This document shows positions 1 through 15,475 of a DNA stretch of 64,000 nt, piece after piece. Each line of letters opens with the position of its first letter. The first letter of the stretch is position 1. The notes under the pieces were generated by a model that ran no database searches, was not told the DNA's origin, and was given only the letters and a program-made list of their open reading frames with translations. This DNA comes from Octopus vulgaris (lineage: Eukaryota), in NCBI GenBank assembly GCA_951406725.2, contig OX597833.1, forward strand, positions 9,300,001 to 9,364,000, in the 5' to 3' direction. The position numbers were made by a program, and so were the translations under genes.

Positions 1-520
1 TACTCTTAGTTGCTCCTTATATTCTAATCTTTTCAAACCTTATTTTGAGCTTTGATGGCTCTCCCCTGAACTATTTCATCACTAAATAACCCGCTTCTCT
101 TACTACAATCTTTTACCGGACACAGATCTGGCTCGCAGCTCTCAACAACTTGTCCCCTACTTGTCCTACTTCCCCTACTGTAAGTCTCCATTTCGCCCCC
201 TCTTTTGTCATCAACGTTTATGAGAATATCTCTGAATCTGCGATCGACTGAGGGTTCTTTAAATTTTCATATCCTTATTTTCCAGATAATCTTTTGTCTT
301 TGAACCCATTATCTCTTACTCTGCAGTCGCTCATCACTATTTTATGTTGGTTAGTACATTCTTAACTAGGAAAACATTCGGGTTCACAACCAGCTTGCTT
401 ATTCCGTTTCTTGGTGAAGATAAAATCTGCCTGATCAGCATCGTCATCTGACTGCTAGGCCCTCGTCTGGTTAGCTTTCCTCTTCGTCATTCTACATCCC
501 TATCATCTCTGTACACCAAA
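1..520 (-). mobile_element. Highly degenerate RTE-clade LINE fragment (end of AP endonuclease and linker), cut by the window edge
   Basis: Minus-strand translation gives broken motifs (DFIFTKKR, QHKIVMSDCRV, RFRDIL) that parallel DFILTRQR/QHRLIISDF/KFRDIL of the RTE at 14600-14900. Confidence 0.6.
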
Positions 521-726
521 CAGAGATGACATCATGGTATTGTGTAAAAACTACCTCAAACGTTCAAGCTGTGATAATGAAGCCGCCGTCATTTATTATT
601 GTTTAGATAGTCGCTAAGAGGGGCCCTTCAAATAGATCCTTCATTTTATTAGTCAGCCCTTGATGGATGTGGAGATAACTGTCGATGTTGTTTTGGTCTA
701 TGACTAATCTAAGATTAATTTTTCTC

Positions 727-960
727 TACATACATGCACGCGCGCACACACATGATACATACATATATACATACATGCGTGCATGCATACATATACAGAC
801 ATACTTAGACAAACATACATACAAGCATACACATGTATACATATATACATACACATACATGCCTGCACACATATGTACATACATAACCACATACATACAT
901 ACATATATACATATGTACACACTACACACGTACAGTCATACACACACATATACATACATA
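727..960. repeat. Compound CATA/CA/TA microsatellite
   Basis: Visible directly; explains the low-complexity ORFs at 685-1061. Confidence 0.9.
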
Positions 961-1219
961 AGCATGGTGCCATCAACATGAGAGGTGCAGACGACCATCT
1001 AAAATGTCTTCCTAACGTTTCCTTCTACAATAATGCTGACTCTTCGAGCCTAAGTCTGTAACTGGTTTATTTCTCCAATAATAAATCAGAGAAACTACTT
1101 TTACATCCCAGTCTAGCGTTATTCAGACCGATTGAAAAACGATAAACCCGATGCCAGGTGTAGCATTTGCAATGGTGCCGCATTTCGCTGGTTGCGATCA
1201 AGACTGCAACCAATAACAG

Positions 1220-1310
1220 CGGCACCAATGCAAACAGTACCACGGCACCAATGCAAACAGTACCACGGCACCAATGCAAACAGTACCACGGCACCAATGC
1301 AAACAGTACC
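1220..1310. repeat. 23-bp tandem repeat x4 (CGGCACCAATGCAAACAGTACCA)
   Basis: Units at 1220, 1243, 1266 and 1289; preceded by the inverted motif TGGTGCCGC at ~1173. Confidence 0.9.
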
Positions 1311-1589
1311 GCAGCGCCAGTGATCGATCGAAGGAGACGCTTTATACTCTTCTCATTTTACTTGGGCTTTGCATATAAACCTGAAGCTACTTCGGTGATA
1401 TGAAACAACTCGTGATGACTCTTCTGTCGGACATATGAAATGGCTATAAAAATACTGGCAGAAAGTGCACCCCATTTGTGGAGAAAAACAATTTTGGCAA
1501 CAAGCACCTTTCTTTGCCAAAAAAGAAAGAAAAAAGACGCTTTCGTCGTGATGGTAATAGATCTCAAAACACTGAGAGCTGGCAGCAGT

Positions 1590-2953
1590 GTTCAAATCTA
1601 CCCTGGGAAAGGTGGACAAGGTGAAAAAGGCCACCAATTTCTATATAGGTGACATCATGGTTGACAAGACTGTAGTGTCTGCCGCAGAGGTCATGGGTTA
1701 AAGAAGTTCGGGTAGACAGCGAAACCACCGGAGCCAATGGTTGGAGGAGCTGAACTGGGGCTCAAGCTTCAAAGAGACAAAACAGGCGTGTTTCGGAGAG
1801 GAAACGAGATTCCAGAACTGAGTACCAGCATCAACAGACGAGAGTTATTCTCGATGTATGGAGAACTGGTGGGTCACTATCCAATCGCGTGGTGGCTTCG
1901 AACAGCATGCAGTTATGTCAAGAGACGAGCAGATGAGGCAAGCTGGGGAGACAAAGTAGGAGAGAGGACGGTGGCGATGATACAGGAGGTTCCAGAAAGG
2001 GTGAGAGCAGAAGACCCAGTAAGAGGAAGCTGGTATGTGCCCAATTTGGGAAGAACTAAGGAGACCGCATACCATGTATCATATGGGTGTGAATAGAACC
2101 CTGTATCTTGCCAGGAAGGTTGACTTTCTGCATTCAGAAAGTAGTCGGGAGCAGCGATAGGTGTCAGTCCATCGACCCTGCTCCGGGCGTGCTCGTGCTG
2201 GGAAACATCTCAGTAAAACACAACTGGAGACGACTGGCGGTAGATGTGACACACTACCGACTGGAAATGTATCTCTCGATGGTCGACTGTGGACGGGGTC
2301 GGATGGCCATATGGAAAGAAATGAAGACTGTTGCACGCATCTTGAACGAGATATTCCTGGAGCGAGGCCCTATGGACGAATTACCGATGGACAACGGCAC
2401 TGCATTTCGTTCGGATAAGTAGCCTGTATGCTTCTTCAGAGCGGCATACAGGCCGAGTGGAAATGGAATCTTGGAGAGACACCATCACATGATCAAGACT
2501 GTGGCGGAGAGGGGACTCACCTCACCACTGGAAGCGGTATTCTGGTACAATATGTCACTCCGATCAGGACAGGGCGCAGAGTCCGTGCCACACAGAGCTA
2601 TATTCAGGTATGAATGGTAGCACCCGAGAATGACTTCAGAATACCCTGCGGTAGAGAGAGGGCCTGCGGTAGAGAGAGGGCCTGCGTTCGTGCAGGTGGG
2701 AGATGAAGTCAGGATCAAACCCCCGAAAGCACGCTGCACATCTCAATGGAACAGAGGAACAATGACGGCAGTTAATTCCAAAGATAGTGTTTCCGTGGAT
2801 GGAATGCCACGTCACGTCTTGGATGTTCGCAGAATTGTCGCTTCGTCGGACGACGAAGGTGGAATAGAGCAAGCGATCGGCGCTCCATCCCTGCCGAGAT
2901 CACAGCGAGTGAGATGTCCGCCCGGGTGGATGACAAATTTCAACATGGAGTAA
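1590..2953 (+). mobile_element. Gypsy/Ty3 LTR retrotransposon pol remnant (RT end, integrase); frameshifted, RNase H apparently deleted
   Basis: YIGDIMV (decayed YxDD) at ~1643; HMGVNRTL..C integrase zinc-binding remnant; WRRLAVDVTHY...MDNGTAFRS and AAYRPSGNGILER of the DDE integrase core; order RT then INT. Confidence 0.85.
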
Positions 2954-2977
2954 AGTGAGGAGGTGGTCTTTGAGATC

Positions 2978-3268
2978 AGGGGTGGGGGTTGGAAATGAGG
3001 TGAACCAGAAGGAAAGGGCAGTTATGTCAACGGCCGGGGGGCTTCACCGGAAGAGGAAGTGAGGGAAATAGCACCAGCTTGGTACTCTTCAGCCTCGGGC
3101 TAGTCGTGGTGAACGGATGCACGTGGACGCGTGGGGTGAGACAGGGCTTTAGCAGTAGCCACTAGCGATAGGTGAGACGGGTGGGGCACGTCTTGGATTT
3201 AATACTGCTGGACAGCGGACACTGGGAATCGCATTTTGTTCCCCGCATTACACTAACCTCACACTACA
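2978..3268 (+). mobile_element. Putative polypurine tract and 3' LTR of the Gypsy element
   Basis: AGGGGTGGGGG (2978-2988) just after the integrase stop, then a TG...CA-bounded GC-richer ~280 bp block ending ACTACA at 3268. No 5' LTR in the window to confirm. Confidence 0.55.
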
Positions 3269-3289
3269 CCCTTCCATCAAAACTTCTAC

Positions 3290-3570
3290 CAAGTGCAAAG
3301 ATATTCTCTCTTGGCACAGACAAACTAAAGTTTGTACGGTCAGAGAGGTCAGTTGCTCTGTTGGAGTGAATATCTTTTCGAAAACCAAAGAGAAAGAGAA
3401 CAACTAGGGACTATTGTTTCGAAACCTTCGGTTTATAAATTAACATTTATACCAATAATAATTGGTGTACTTGGTTTTGTGAGAGAATCATTCAGTAACA
3501 ACCTGGATAAGCTAGGGTTTTCAGAAAAAGAAATCAAGCAGCTAACACGCTAATTAAGAAACAATCTGTG
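3290..3570 (+). mobile_element. R4/Dong-type (restriction-like endonuclease) non-LTR element, 3' fragment
   Basis: Translates to EVSC..VNI..KTKEKENN..YKLTFIPIIIGVLGFV..NLDKLGF; similar to the end of the element at 62700-64000. Confidence 0.65.
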
Positions 3571-3587
3571 AGTGAAACAGCATAAGA

Positions 3588-3784
3588 ATCTTTTCTACTC
3601 TAGGCACAAAGCCTGAATTTTGGGGAGGTGGGGCTAGTCGATTAGATCGACCCAGTACTTAACTGGTATTTAATTTTCGATCCCGAAAGGGGGAAAGGTA
3701 GAGTCGACCTCGGCAAAATTTGAACTCAGAACGAAAAGACAGACGATGTACTGCTAAGCATTTCGCCCGGCGTGCTAACGTTTC
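3588..3784 (-). mobile_element. tRNA-derived SINE family A, tail type 1
   Basis: Body matches the reverse complement of 17046-17210; tail ...GCCTAGAGTAGAAAAG. Confidence 0.85.
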
Positions 3785-4016
3785 TTATTTCTTTACTGCC
3801 CACAAGGGGCTAAACACAGAGAGGACAAACAAGGACAGACAAACGGATTAAGTCGATTATATCGACCCCAGTGCGTAACTGGTACTTAATTTATCGACCC
3901 CGAGAGGATGGAAGGCAAAGTCGACCTTGGCGGAATGTGAACTTAGTTTGTAGCGGCAGACGAAATATTGCTAAGCATTTCGCCCGACGTGCTAACGTTT
4001 CTGCCAGCTCGCCGCC
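3785..4016 (-). mobile_element. SINE family A, tail type 2 (Tx1-like tail)
   Basis: Near-identical reverse complement of 17046-17276. Confidence 0.9.
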
Positions 4017-4185
4017 TTTGAAACTTTTCTCAAGTTCAAAATGTGACTTTGTTTTTGTTATTAACATTCAAACGATAGAGCTTCGTACTTTTGTTAGAAA
4101 CCAGTTCCTTCCTCAAACGAAGATTTCAAATAATTAAAAATCGAAGAGAACATTCCTCCCTCCCTCCATCCATTCCACCCGTCCG

Positions 4186-4228
<43 letters not shown>

Positions 4229-4497
4229 ACAGAGGAAAGAAAACTCCGAATGACCCGTCTTTGCTTTCTTTGTATCGTCTATCTGAATGTTTTGTTGTCC
4301 CTTTTTTTGTATCACCTGAATGTTTTGCGTTCTTGTCCCATTTTTGTATTTGTTATACATACATACATACATACATACATACATACATACATACATACAT
4401 ACATACATACATACATACATACATACCATATACAGTGTTCTATTATGGCCAGAATTTGTTTGGAAACCAACTATACAACAGAATAAAACATGTATAC

Positions 4498-4655
4498 CAG
4501 GCGCAGTCCTAGGAATTTTTCGAAGAAAGGACATAAGGCCAGAAGGGAATACAATTCCTGGACAAAAGGACGTAATATCATTATTTAGAAGGGCGCATTT
4601 CTTTCCTTGAATGGAGCACGCGTCCTTCAGACACCCCTTCTTGGGTCTGTCCCTG
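4498..4655. mobile_element. Possible MITE with degenerate CAGG- terminal inverted repeats
   Basis: Left CAGGCGCAGTCCTAGGA versus reverse complement of the right end CAGGGACAGACCCAAGA. Confidence 0.4.
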
Positions 4656-4724
4656 TATACACATGCGTTAGTATATATGCATGTGTATTCTCGTGGGTGC
4701 AACTATGTATGTGTATTGAGTATA

Positions 4725-4751
4725 TGCATGAGGGCATATGTGTGTGTGTGC

Positions 4752-4803
<52 letters not shown>

Positions 4804-4826
4804 GCACACACACACATATGCCCTCA

Positions 4827-4830
<4 letters not shown>
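4725..4830. repeat. Perfect 106-bp palindrome centred on (TA)n
   Basis: 4725-4754 is the exact reverse complement of 4801-4830. Confidence 0.9.
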
Positions 4831-4896
<66 letters not shown>

Positions 4897-5829
4897 CATG
4901 TCGGATCTAATCCATGCTAGCATAGAAGGCGGACGTTAAACGATGAGGATGATGATATGTACATACATGCATACATATATATGTGTGTGTGTTTGTGTAT
5001 GTGTGTATGGATATTGTACGAGTGTGTGTGCGTGTGTGTGTGTGTGAAGGTGAAGTGTGAATCATCATAGAAGATAAACAAATATTTCAGACTAACCAAG
5101 TGAATGTTTTGTGTTAGGTTTAAAAAGGTAAACTGGTTTATATAAGTACACACACACACACACACACACGCATACACACACACACACACACAGACGCGTA
5201 CAACAGCCGAATAGACACACCCACATATACACTAACAGACGCGCGCGAACACAAATATATTTATAGTTGTGGAGCTTGACTACAGCTTAATGACTACCCT
5301 AACAACTTAGGTACGAGAGAATTGGTTATGTAGTCACACCCTACTATCCGTGTAAAGTGGGTGGGGCTCACCTCACTGTTGTATTATAAACCAGCTTCGC
5401 TTGCACAGAAATATACCACGTTAACCTTGAATCGCCTGAAAGTTTGTTACTCTTCGTGCGCGCGTGCACGCATACATGTAAATATATTTATGTATATGTA
5501 TGTATGTATATATGTATGTATGTATGTGTGTGCGTGTAAAAAATATTTTTGCGAGAGTCAGTATTAAAACTGAGAGGTAAAATTTATTCCCAGTTACTTT
5601 ACTTCGATGCCGCGTGAGAAATTCTCATCTAATGCAGTAAAGTCGGTTCTAACAAAACATCTACGTTTAAGTGAGAATGTGTGTGTGTGTGTTTATATGC
5701 ACATATATATGCATGTGTATATGTATCTATATGTATTTATGTTAGTATGTAAGTATATATATGCGTGTATGTATGTGTGTAGGCGTGTATGCGTGTGTGC
5801 GTGCGTGTGTGTGTGCGTGTGCATACATT

Positions 5830-6282
5830 AAAACTCTATTCTCCCCAGCACCCCTGGCAGCAATACATCATTTGCACAATTTGGAGAATATACCCCCAGT
5901 ATTGCCCAAACGAGCTGAACATTAGTTTCAGAATTTATCCAAGGCTAGGACCACAGGCCATGCGTCCCCTACCCAATTCAGGATCACAACACATAAATAC
6001 TCTGCAATACAATTTCTTTTCCTCAACAAACCCTACCCTATTTAACATTTTCCCAAAACAAATCAAAGAGGAATAATATCCTGTTACCTTTAAACGGAAA
6101 CTGGACAAATTTCTTCAAGGGATACCAAATAAGCCACCTCTACCTAGATACAACCCACTCAACAAGAAATCCCTACTAGAATGGGCCATGGCACCACAAG
6201 ACTTGACTTACAAAGGATTTAGTGAATTCTAACAGGTGGTGCTTATTAAGTTAGACATAGCTTGGGCCAGTCTTTCGTTGCA
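5830..6282 (+). mobile_element. CR1/L2-group LINE 3' fragment
   Basis: LFNIFPKQIKE*..TFKRKLDKFLQGIPNKP..SLLEW C-terminal signature with stops; ends at (CA)n. Confidence 0.65.
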
Positions 6283-8385
<2,103 letters not shown>

Positions 8386-8421
8386 CTTTACTATAATTTA
8401 CTATAGATGTAACGAATGTGT

Positions 8422-8518
<97 letters not shown>

Positions 8519-8606
8519 ACACATGAGTGTTCCAGTGGATCTGATCAATTGAATAGCCTGCTTGTGAAGTTAATGAGTAAGTGGCTGAGCACTCCATACC
8601 TTCACT

Positions 8607-8679
<73 letters not shown>

Positions 8680-8919
8680 ATATAGACAAGATTCAGTGGA
8701 ATAAGGTACTTTACCAACCTTGGTACAGCAGTTCTGGCAGAATGATATTCGGGTAATGTATGCAGTTAGATTGGACTCAATTGAATATTTAATCCACTTT
8801 TGAGCTCTTCCGACATGTGCATTTTATTAAATATACACAGTCCATAATATACTTTGGAATATGCAAGGGACATGTTCTGAGATAGGTGAATTAGAAATAA
8901 ATAGGAAACAATTGATGGA

Positions 8920-9078
8920 CAGGAGTGGCTGTGTGGTAAGTAGCTTGCTCACCAACCACATGGTTCCAAGTTCAGTCCCACTACGTGGCACCTTGGGCAA
9001 GTGTCTTCTGCTATAGGCTCAGGTCGACCAAAGCCTTGTGAGTGGATTTGGTAGACGGAAACTGAAAGAAGCCCATCG

Positions 9079-9133
<55 letters not shown>

Positions 9134-9346
9134 CATATGTTTGTGTGTCTGTGTTTGTCCCTCCACCATCACTTGACAACCATTGTTGGTGTGTTTACGC
9201 CCCCATAACTTAGCAGTTCGGCAAAAGAGACAGATAGATTGAGTACTAGGCTAACAAAGAATAAGTCCTGGGGTCAATTTGTTTGGCTAAAGGTGGTGCT
9301 CCAGCATGGCTGCAGTCAAATGACTGAAACAAATAAAAGAATAAAA
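8920..9346 (+). mobile_element. tRNA-derived SINE family B (CORE-like) with internal (TA)n
   Basis: A-box-like TGGCTGTGTGGTAAG, B-box-like GTTCAGTCCC, CORE-like CCTTGGGCAAGTGTCTT, A-rich tail; related copies elsewhere in the window. Confidence 0.85.
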
Positions 9347-9639
9347 GGTGTCGATTCATTACAGCCATTTCTAACGAATTTTGTAATTGATCAATGAGTA
9401 CATTACATCCTTATAAAATCATCTTTCTTCAGATGAATACATGAATTTTACAAAATCGGTAATTCAAAATGGCATATGACTGGTGCTTCCCACAGAATCT
9501 GCTGAGGTACTGAGACTCTGCAAAATATAATACCTACGGTGTATTGCACAGAGAACCATCAGATGTGCAGTAGAATCTAGCACTTAACCATTATAAGAAT
9601 ACAAAATTTTATAAGAATGGCAAAATTTTAGGAAAATGC

Positions 9640-10005
9640 CGAATATCTGTTGGAAGGTCTTACTTGTGATATTCAAACCACCACTAATGCAAATAACATC
9701 CAGAGGCTCTATCATCTTATGAAGCAAGTTTATATGCCTAAGCGTTCAGCATCAGCTCCTTTGCTTTCCAAGGAGAGCTGTATCCAAACTTACTAAATCA
9801 ATAGAAATCAGAAGTCAGTGGATTGAACATTTCTCTGAATTTGTAAACCATAAGTCAGTTGTAAATGATGCATTAATTGACACTATTCAACAGACCCCTG
9901 TCATCAGCTGTTTGGACTCTTCCCCCTCAAGAGACAAGGAAGTAACAGCAATAAATAAGTTGAATCTTGGTAAATCACCTGGTAAAGATGAAATTTGCAC
10001 TGAGA
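9640..10005 (+). mobile_element. RTE/BovB-like LINE internal fragment
   Basis: QWIEHFSEFVN..DALIDTIQQ..AINKLNLGKSPGKDEI pre-RT motif. Confidence 0.7.
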
Positions 10006-10175
10006 ATGCAATCATGCCAGTGCTGTATAAATGCACCTGTGGCAGTGGTATGTAAAAAGTACCCACACTCTGTAAAGTGGCTGGTTTTAGGAAGGGCATC
10101 GAGCCATAGAAACTATGCCAGAAAACTGGGGTCCAGACAATTATCTGGCTAGCTTCTGTCAAACCAGCCGACTCA
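10006..10175 (+). mobile_element. RTE 3' UTR fragment
   Basis: GTGGCTGGTTTTAGGAAGGGCATC..CCATAGAAAC, shared with the other RTE 3' ends in the window. Confidence 0.7.
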
Positions 10176-10199
10176 AATTTCAAAAATTAACAACTTCAG

Positions 10200-10517
10200 A
10201 ATTGTGAAAACAAAATTTGTGGAATACGAAAAACTCTTGAAAGAAGCTGCTTGGAGAAGTCTGTTGCCATCTTCAATTGCTGGATGTCGTAGCCTGAAAA
10301 ATTCAGTTCTTTGAAGAAAATGTCATATGCCCTGCTTTCAGCCTTTGGCTCGACATATACATACGAACAGATTTTTTCACATATGCAATCTGTTTTGAGT
10401 TTTGAATTTGTCTGACAATTCAACATTTGGGACTTTGCAGGAAGCTAAAACCCTCAAATTATGCACCTAATATTGAGAAATTAAACAAAAATCTACAGGG
10501 ACAAGGTTCTCATTAAT
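10200..10517 (+). mobile_element. hAT (Buster/Charlie-like) transposase C-terminal dimerisation-domain remnant
   Basis: W.S*PEKFSSLKKMSYALLSAFGSTYTYEQIFSHM...NYAPNIEKL...QGQGSH*. Confidence 0.8.
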
Positions 10518-11101
10518 TTATAGAAATTTAATGTAACTGTTGTTTATAACTTGTTTATAATTTTGTTCTGTTGTTTATAATTTGAAAAACCTTTTTAAAT
10601 AAGGTTTTAAATAAAATTATATTTGTTCCCATGCAATTTGAATTATTAAAGGATTAATAAAATAGATTTCTGTTATAATGAGTTTCAAAAGCATAAACTT
10701 TACTAATAAAAGTAGTAATACGAATAGTAATATGCTTTTGGAAGCCTTAGATCTATCATGGTGTCTGATGTGAATTTTTAAAGCAGGCAATGTTTTGAAA
10801 AGACACTCACATAAATTGCATGTCTGCTTTGGACCAGCAAACTTGCTATCTCTGGTCAAGCTGTGCACCCCATGCCAGCATTGAAAATGGATATTACAGG
10901 ATGATGATGATGATGACGTGTGTCTGTCTGTCTATCTGAATGAATGGACATATGTGTGTGTAAATGTTTGCACGAGTGTATATGCATATAAGTCGCCTTA
11001 TATGGCAATGTATAAGGCAGCAAAGTGAGTACTGAAAGTGAATTCAGGCGAAGAAAGTATTTCAACGAATCCAGTTTATAAAACTGGATTTATGAAAGGC
11101 T

Positions 11102-11138
11102 GGAGGAGGAGGAGGAGGAGGAGGAGAAGAAGAAGAAG

Positions 11139-11168
<30 letters not shown>
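11102..11168. repeat. (GGA)n(GAA)n microsatellite
   Basis: Direct observation. Confidence 0.95.
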
Positions 11169-11171
<3 letters not shown>

Positions 11172-11534
11172 ACAAGTAAAGTTTGTAGAGGAGTTGATGA
11201 ACATATGGTGAATGGGAAAGGTTGGTGAATGTAATTGAGGCTAGGTGGTGGTGGGCAGGGAATTGGAAGGTGGCCTGGTTGAAAGGAGACGTTAATGATT
11301 GTTCTGGGTTGGGGGAGCAGCAATAGAAAGGTTCTCTACAGGAAAGATGGAATAACAACAGAACCCTGCTATGTATAGCAGACATAAACCAGTTGACACT
11401 AAATATTTATGAATATGAGTATGGCTGTGTGTGTGAATGTGTGTGTGTTTGTATGTGAATGTGTGTATTTGTGTGTGTGTGAGTGTGCGTGTGTGTGCAT
11501 GAATATATATACATGTATATACAGTATATATACA

Positions 11535-12013
<479 letters not shown>

Positions 12014-12296
12014 ATATATATATATATATGTATATATATGTATATACAGTATATATGTATATCATCATCATCGTTTAACGTCCGCTTTCCGCGCTAGCAC
12101 GGGTTGGACGGTTTGACCGGGTCTGGGAAGCCAGGGGCCGCTCCAGGCTCCAGTCTGAATCTGGCAGAGTTTCTACGGCTGGATGCCCTTCCTAACGCCA
12201 ACCACTCCGTGAGTGGATTGGGTGCTTTTACGTGCCACCTGCACAGGGGCCGGAGGGTCCGGCATCGTCACGATCGGATTCGAGCATTTTAACGTG

Positions 12297-14803
12297 TCAG
12301 CGGCACGGGGGCAACGAGGTCCGGGGTACTTTGGGGATTGGGGTATTTTGGGGATCCAGGGTACTTTGGGGATCCGGGGTACTTTGGGGATCCGGGGTAC
12401 TTAGAATGGGTAGGGGGGTACTTAGAATGGGTAGGGGGTATGTGGAATTGCTGCAGAAAGCAGCCCGGGTCTTTGTAGTCACAGCATATCTCCAGAGATC
12501 TCGGTCCTTCGCCATTGCCTCAGTGAGGCCCAATGCTCTGAGGTCATGCTTGACCACCTCATCCCATGTCTTCCTGGGTCTACCTCTCCCCCTGATACCT
12601 TCAACTGTTTGGGAGTGGCACTTCTTCACACATCTCTCTTCATCCATCCGCAGCACATGACCATACCATCGCAAGCGTCGCTCTTGCACACCACATCTGA
12701 TGCTTCTTATATCCAGCATTTCTCTCAGGATACTTACACTCTGTTTTGCGTGCACACTGACACTACACATCCAGCGGATCATGCTAGCTTCATTTCTTTC
12801 AAGTCTACGCATGTCTTCTGCAGTCACAGCCCATGTTTCATTACCGTGAAGCATGGCAGTTCGCACACATGCATCATATAATCTACCTTTTGCTCTGAGG
12901 GAGAGGCCTTTTGTTGCCAGTAGGGGTAGGAGCTTTCTGAACTTTGCCCAGGCTATTCGTATTCTAGTGGTGATACTCTCTGTGCATCCACCTCCGCTAC
13001 TAACTTGGTCTCCCAGGTAGCGGAAACTATCAACTACTTCTAGTTTCTCTCCCTGGAGTGTGATGGAATCTGTTTTCTGAGTGTCTGTTGTGTCTATTGT
13101 CCCTGTGCATCTGCCGCACATGAAAGCTATCTTATCTGTTAATTTCCCTTTAATGTTGCTGCACCTCTTATGTGTCCATAACTTACATTGGGTGCATCTT
13201 ATGGAGTTTCTACCTGTACCTTTCCTACAGGTTGAGCAGGGCCACCTACCCGAGGGGATGTGTGTTGAGTACCTCTTGCTGCTTACTAATACTTTGGTCT
13301 TTGCTACATTTATTCTAAGGCCCTTTGATTCCAACCCTTGCTTCCATACCCGAAATTTCTCTTCTAGTTCCGGTAGTGATTCTGCTATGAGAGCTAGGTC
13401 ATCGGCATAGAGGAGCTCCCAGGGGCATCCCGTTTTGAATTCCTCTGTTATTGCTTGAAGTACTATGATGAACAAAAGGGGACTGAGGGCTGAGCCCTGG
13501 TGCACACCTACTTCTACTCGGAATTCTTCACTATATTCGTTGCCAATCCTAACCTTGCTAACAGCCTCTCTGTATAGAGCCTGTACAGCCCTTATTAGCC
13601 ATTCTTCAATCTCCAGTTTCCGCATCGACCACCAGATAAGGGAACGGGGAACCCTGTCAAAGGCTTTCTCCAAGTCTACAAAAGCTATGTAGAGGGGTTT
13701 ATCTTTAGCTAGGTACTTCTCCTGCAGTTGTCGGACCAGGAATATAGCATCAGTGGTGCTTCTACCTGGTACAAAACCGAACTGCATTTCATCTAAACAA
13801 ATTCTCTCCCTAATGAGATTGGTTATGACCTTCTCTGAGACCTTCATCACCTGGTCCAACAGTTTGATACCTCTGTAGTTATTTCTATCTAGAGCATCAC
13901 CCTTACCCTTGTAGCAGTTGACTATGGTACTGCTGCACCAGTCATTGGGTATGGCTCCATTGTGAACTACCTGGTTTACAATGCGGGTGACTATGGCATG
14001 GCCCACATAGCCAGCTGTTTTAAGCATCTCAGCAGTGATTCCTGATAGGCCAGGGGCTTTGCCTGGTTTCATATCCTTAATTGCCTTATCTACAAGGGAG
14101 CTGTCTATTCGGGTAGCTGGTCCCTCTACTGGGTCAACATTTGGCAGGCTCTCCTCCTCCCATTCATTCTCCTCATTTAGCAGTCTTTCATAATGGCTTC
14201 TCCAAGCCTCTTTCTTTTCACTAGTAGTAAAAGCAAGTGCCCCATCATCCATGCGGACACATTTCTCTCCTATAACATCGCTATTTTCTCTGACACACTG
14301 TCTGGCAATCCGAAATACTTCAGCTCTTTGATCCTCGCGACGCTGGACATTGGCAAACTTCTTCTTTTCTGCTACATCTTTGGCAATGTATACCTGCCGC
14401 CCAGCCTCCCTTTTGGCTATCTGGTACAGTTCCCTGCTGCCCCCCTCCTTCCAGGCTTTCCAGGCCCGTCTCTTTTCACAGATGGCTTTATCTACTGCAC
14501 TATTCCACCACCACGTAATTCTAGGTCTGGAAGGGACTTTGCACCATCCACAAACTTGGTCTGTGGCACTCAACAAGCTGTCCCGTAGGAATTCCCAGCT
14601 ACCTTCTATGTCTGACATCTGAAGCTCCTCTTCCCTCTCATCAAATTTCTTGATGAGTATGTCCCTAAATTTCTGACCATGCGAAGGGTTCTTTAGCCTC
14701 CAAATCCTTCTTTTCTGGATTGGTTTGTTTCTTGGAGTCCTTCTGGCCTCAAGCTTAAAGTCACTGATGATTAGTCTATGCTGAGGGATACATTCTTCAC
14801 CCG
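12297..14803 (-). pseudogene. RTE ORF, reverse transcriptase portion with PHD-like insertion
   Basis: Stop-free from GEECIPQHRL through the 773-aa ORF in the track. Confidence 0.92.
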
Positions 14804-15475
14804 GAGGGTCTTTGTATTCAAGAGCAACCCTGCATCCCGTTGTCTGGTGAGGATGAAGTCTATTTGGCTAGCGGAGTCTCCTGACTGATAAGTTATAAGG
14901 TGGCAGACTGGCTTCTTGAAGTTAGTGTTGCAGATTGAAAGGTTACATGCATCACAGAATTCCAGTAGTCTAGTTCCCTCATCGTTTCTGGTGCCAATAC
15001 CATATTCACCATGTACCCCAGTGAAGATACCCGATTCCCGCCCAACATGCCCGTTAAAATCTCCACCTACAAAGATGAGGTCCTTGTTACTAGTCTTTGA
15101 AGTAGCCTGCAGAAGGGTATCATAAAAGTTGTCCTTCTGATCATTTGGTAGTCCCGCTTGTGGGGCATAGGCTGAGATAATCATAGCTGTGCCACTCTGT
15201 AGGACCAACCTGAGCTTAAGCACTCTATCACAAACCCTGACAACCTCTATGACCTTATCCACCCATTCCTCCGCAAGGAGAATGCCTACACCCCCTACAC
15301 CTTCCGCGTTACCTTGCCAGTAGAGTTTGTATCTAAGTGCCTTGCCCGTGAGGACCCTAGCCGAAGCATCTCTCCATCTTACCTCTTGTATGCAGCATAC
15401 ATCAACCTGTCTTCTCTCTAACATCTCTACAATCTCACTAGACTTGCCTGTCAATGTACCAACATTGATAGTGCC

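Noticed and set aside
685-1061. ORFs rich in YI/HT/CV (also at 4091-5189, 11292-11806, 20262-20861, 22378-22908, 34406-35059 and others)
   Set aside because: Translations of microsatellites that lack stop codons; not genes.
10740-10850. Single C2H2 finger ORF (CNLC..HIRHH) on the minus strand
   Set aside because: Isolated, with no splice support; more likely the C-terminal finger of a decayed RTE/BovB-type LINE than a host exon.
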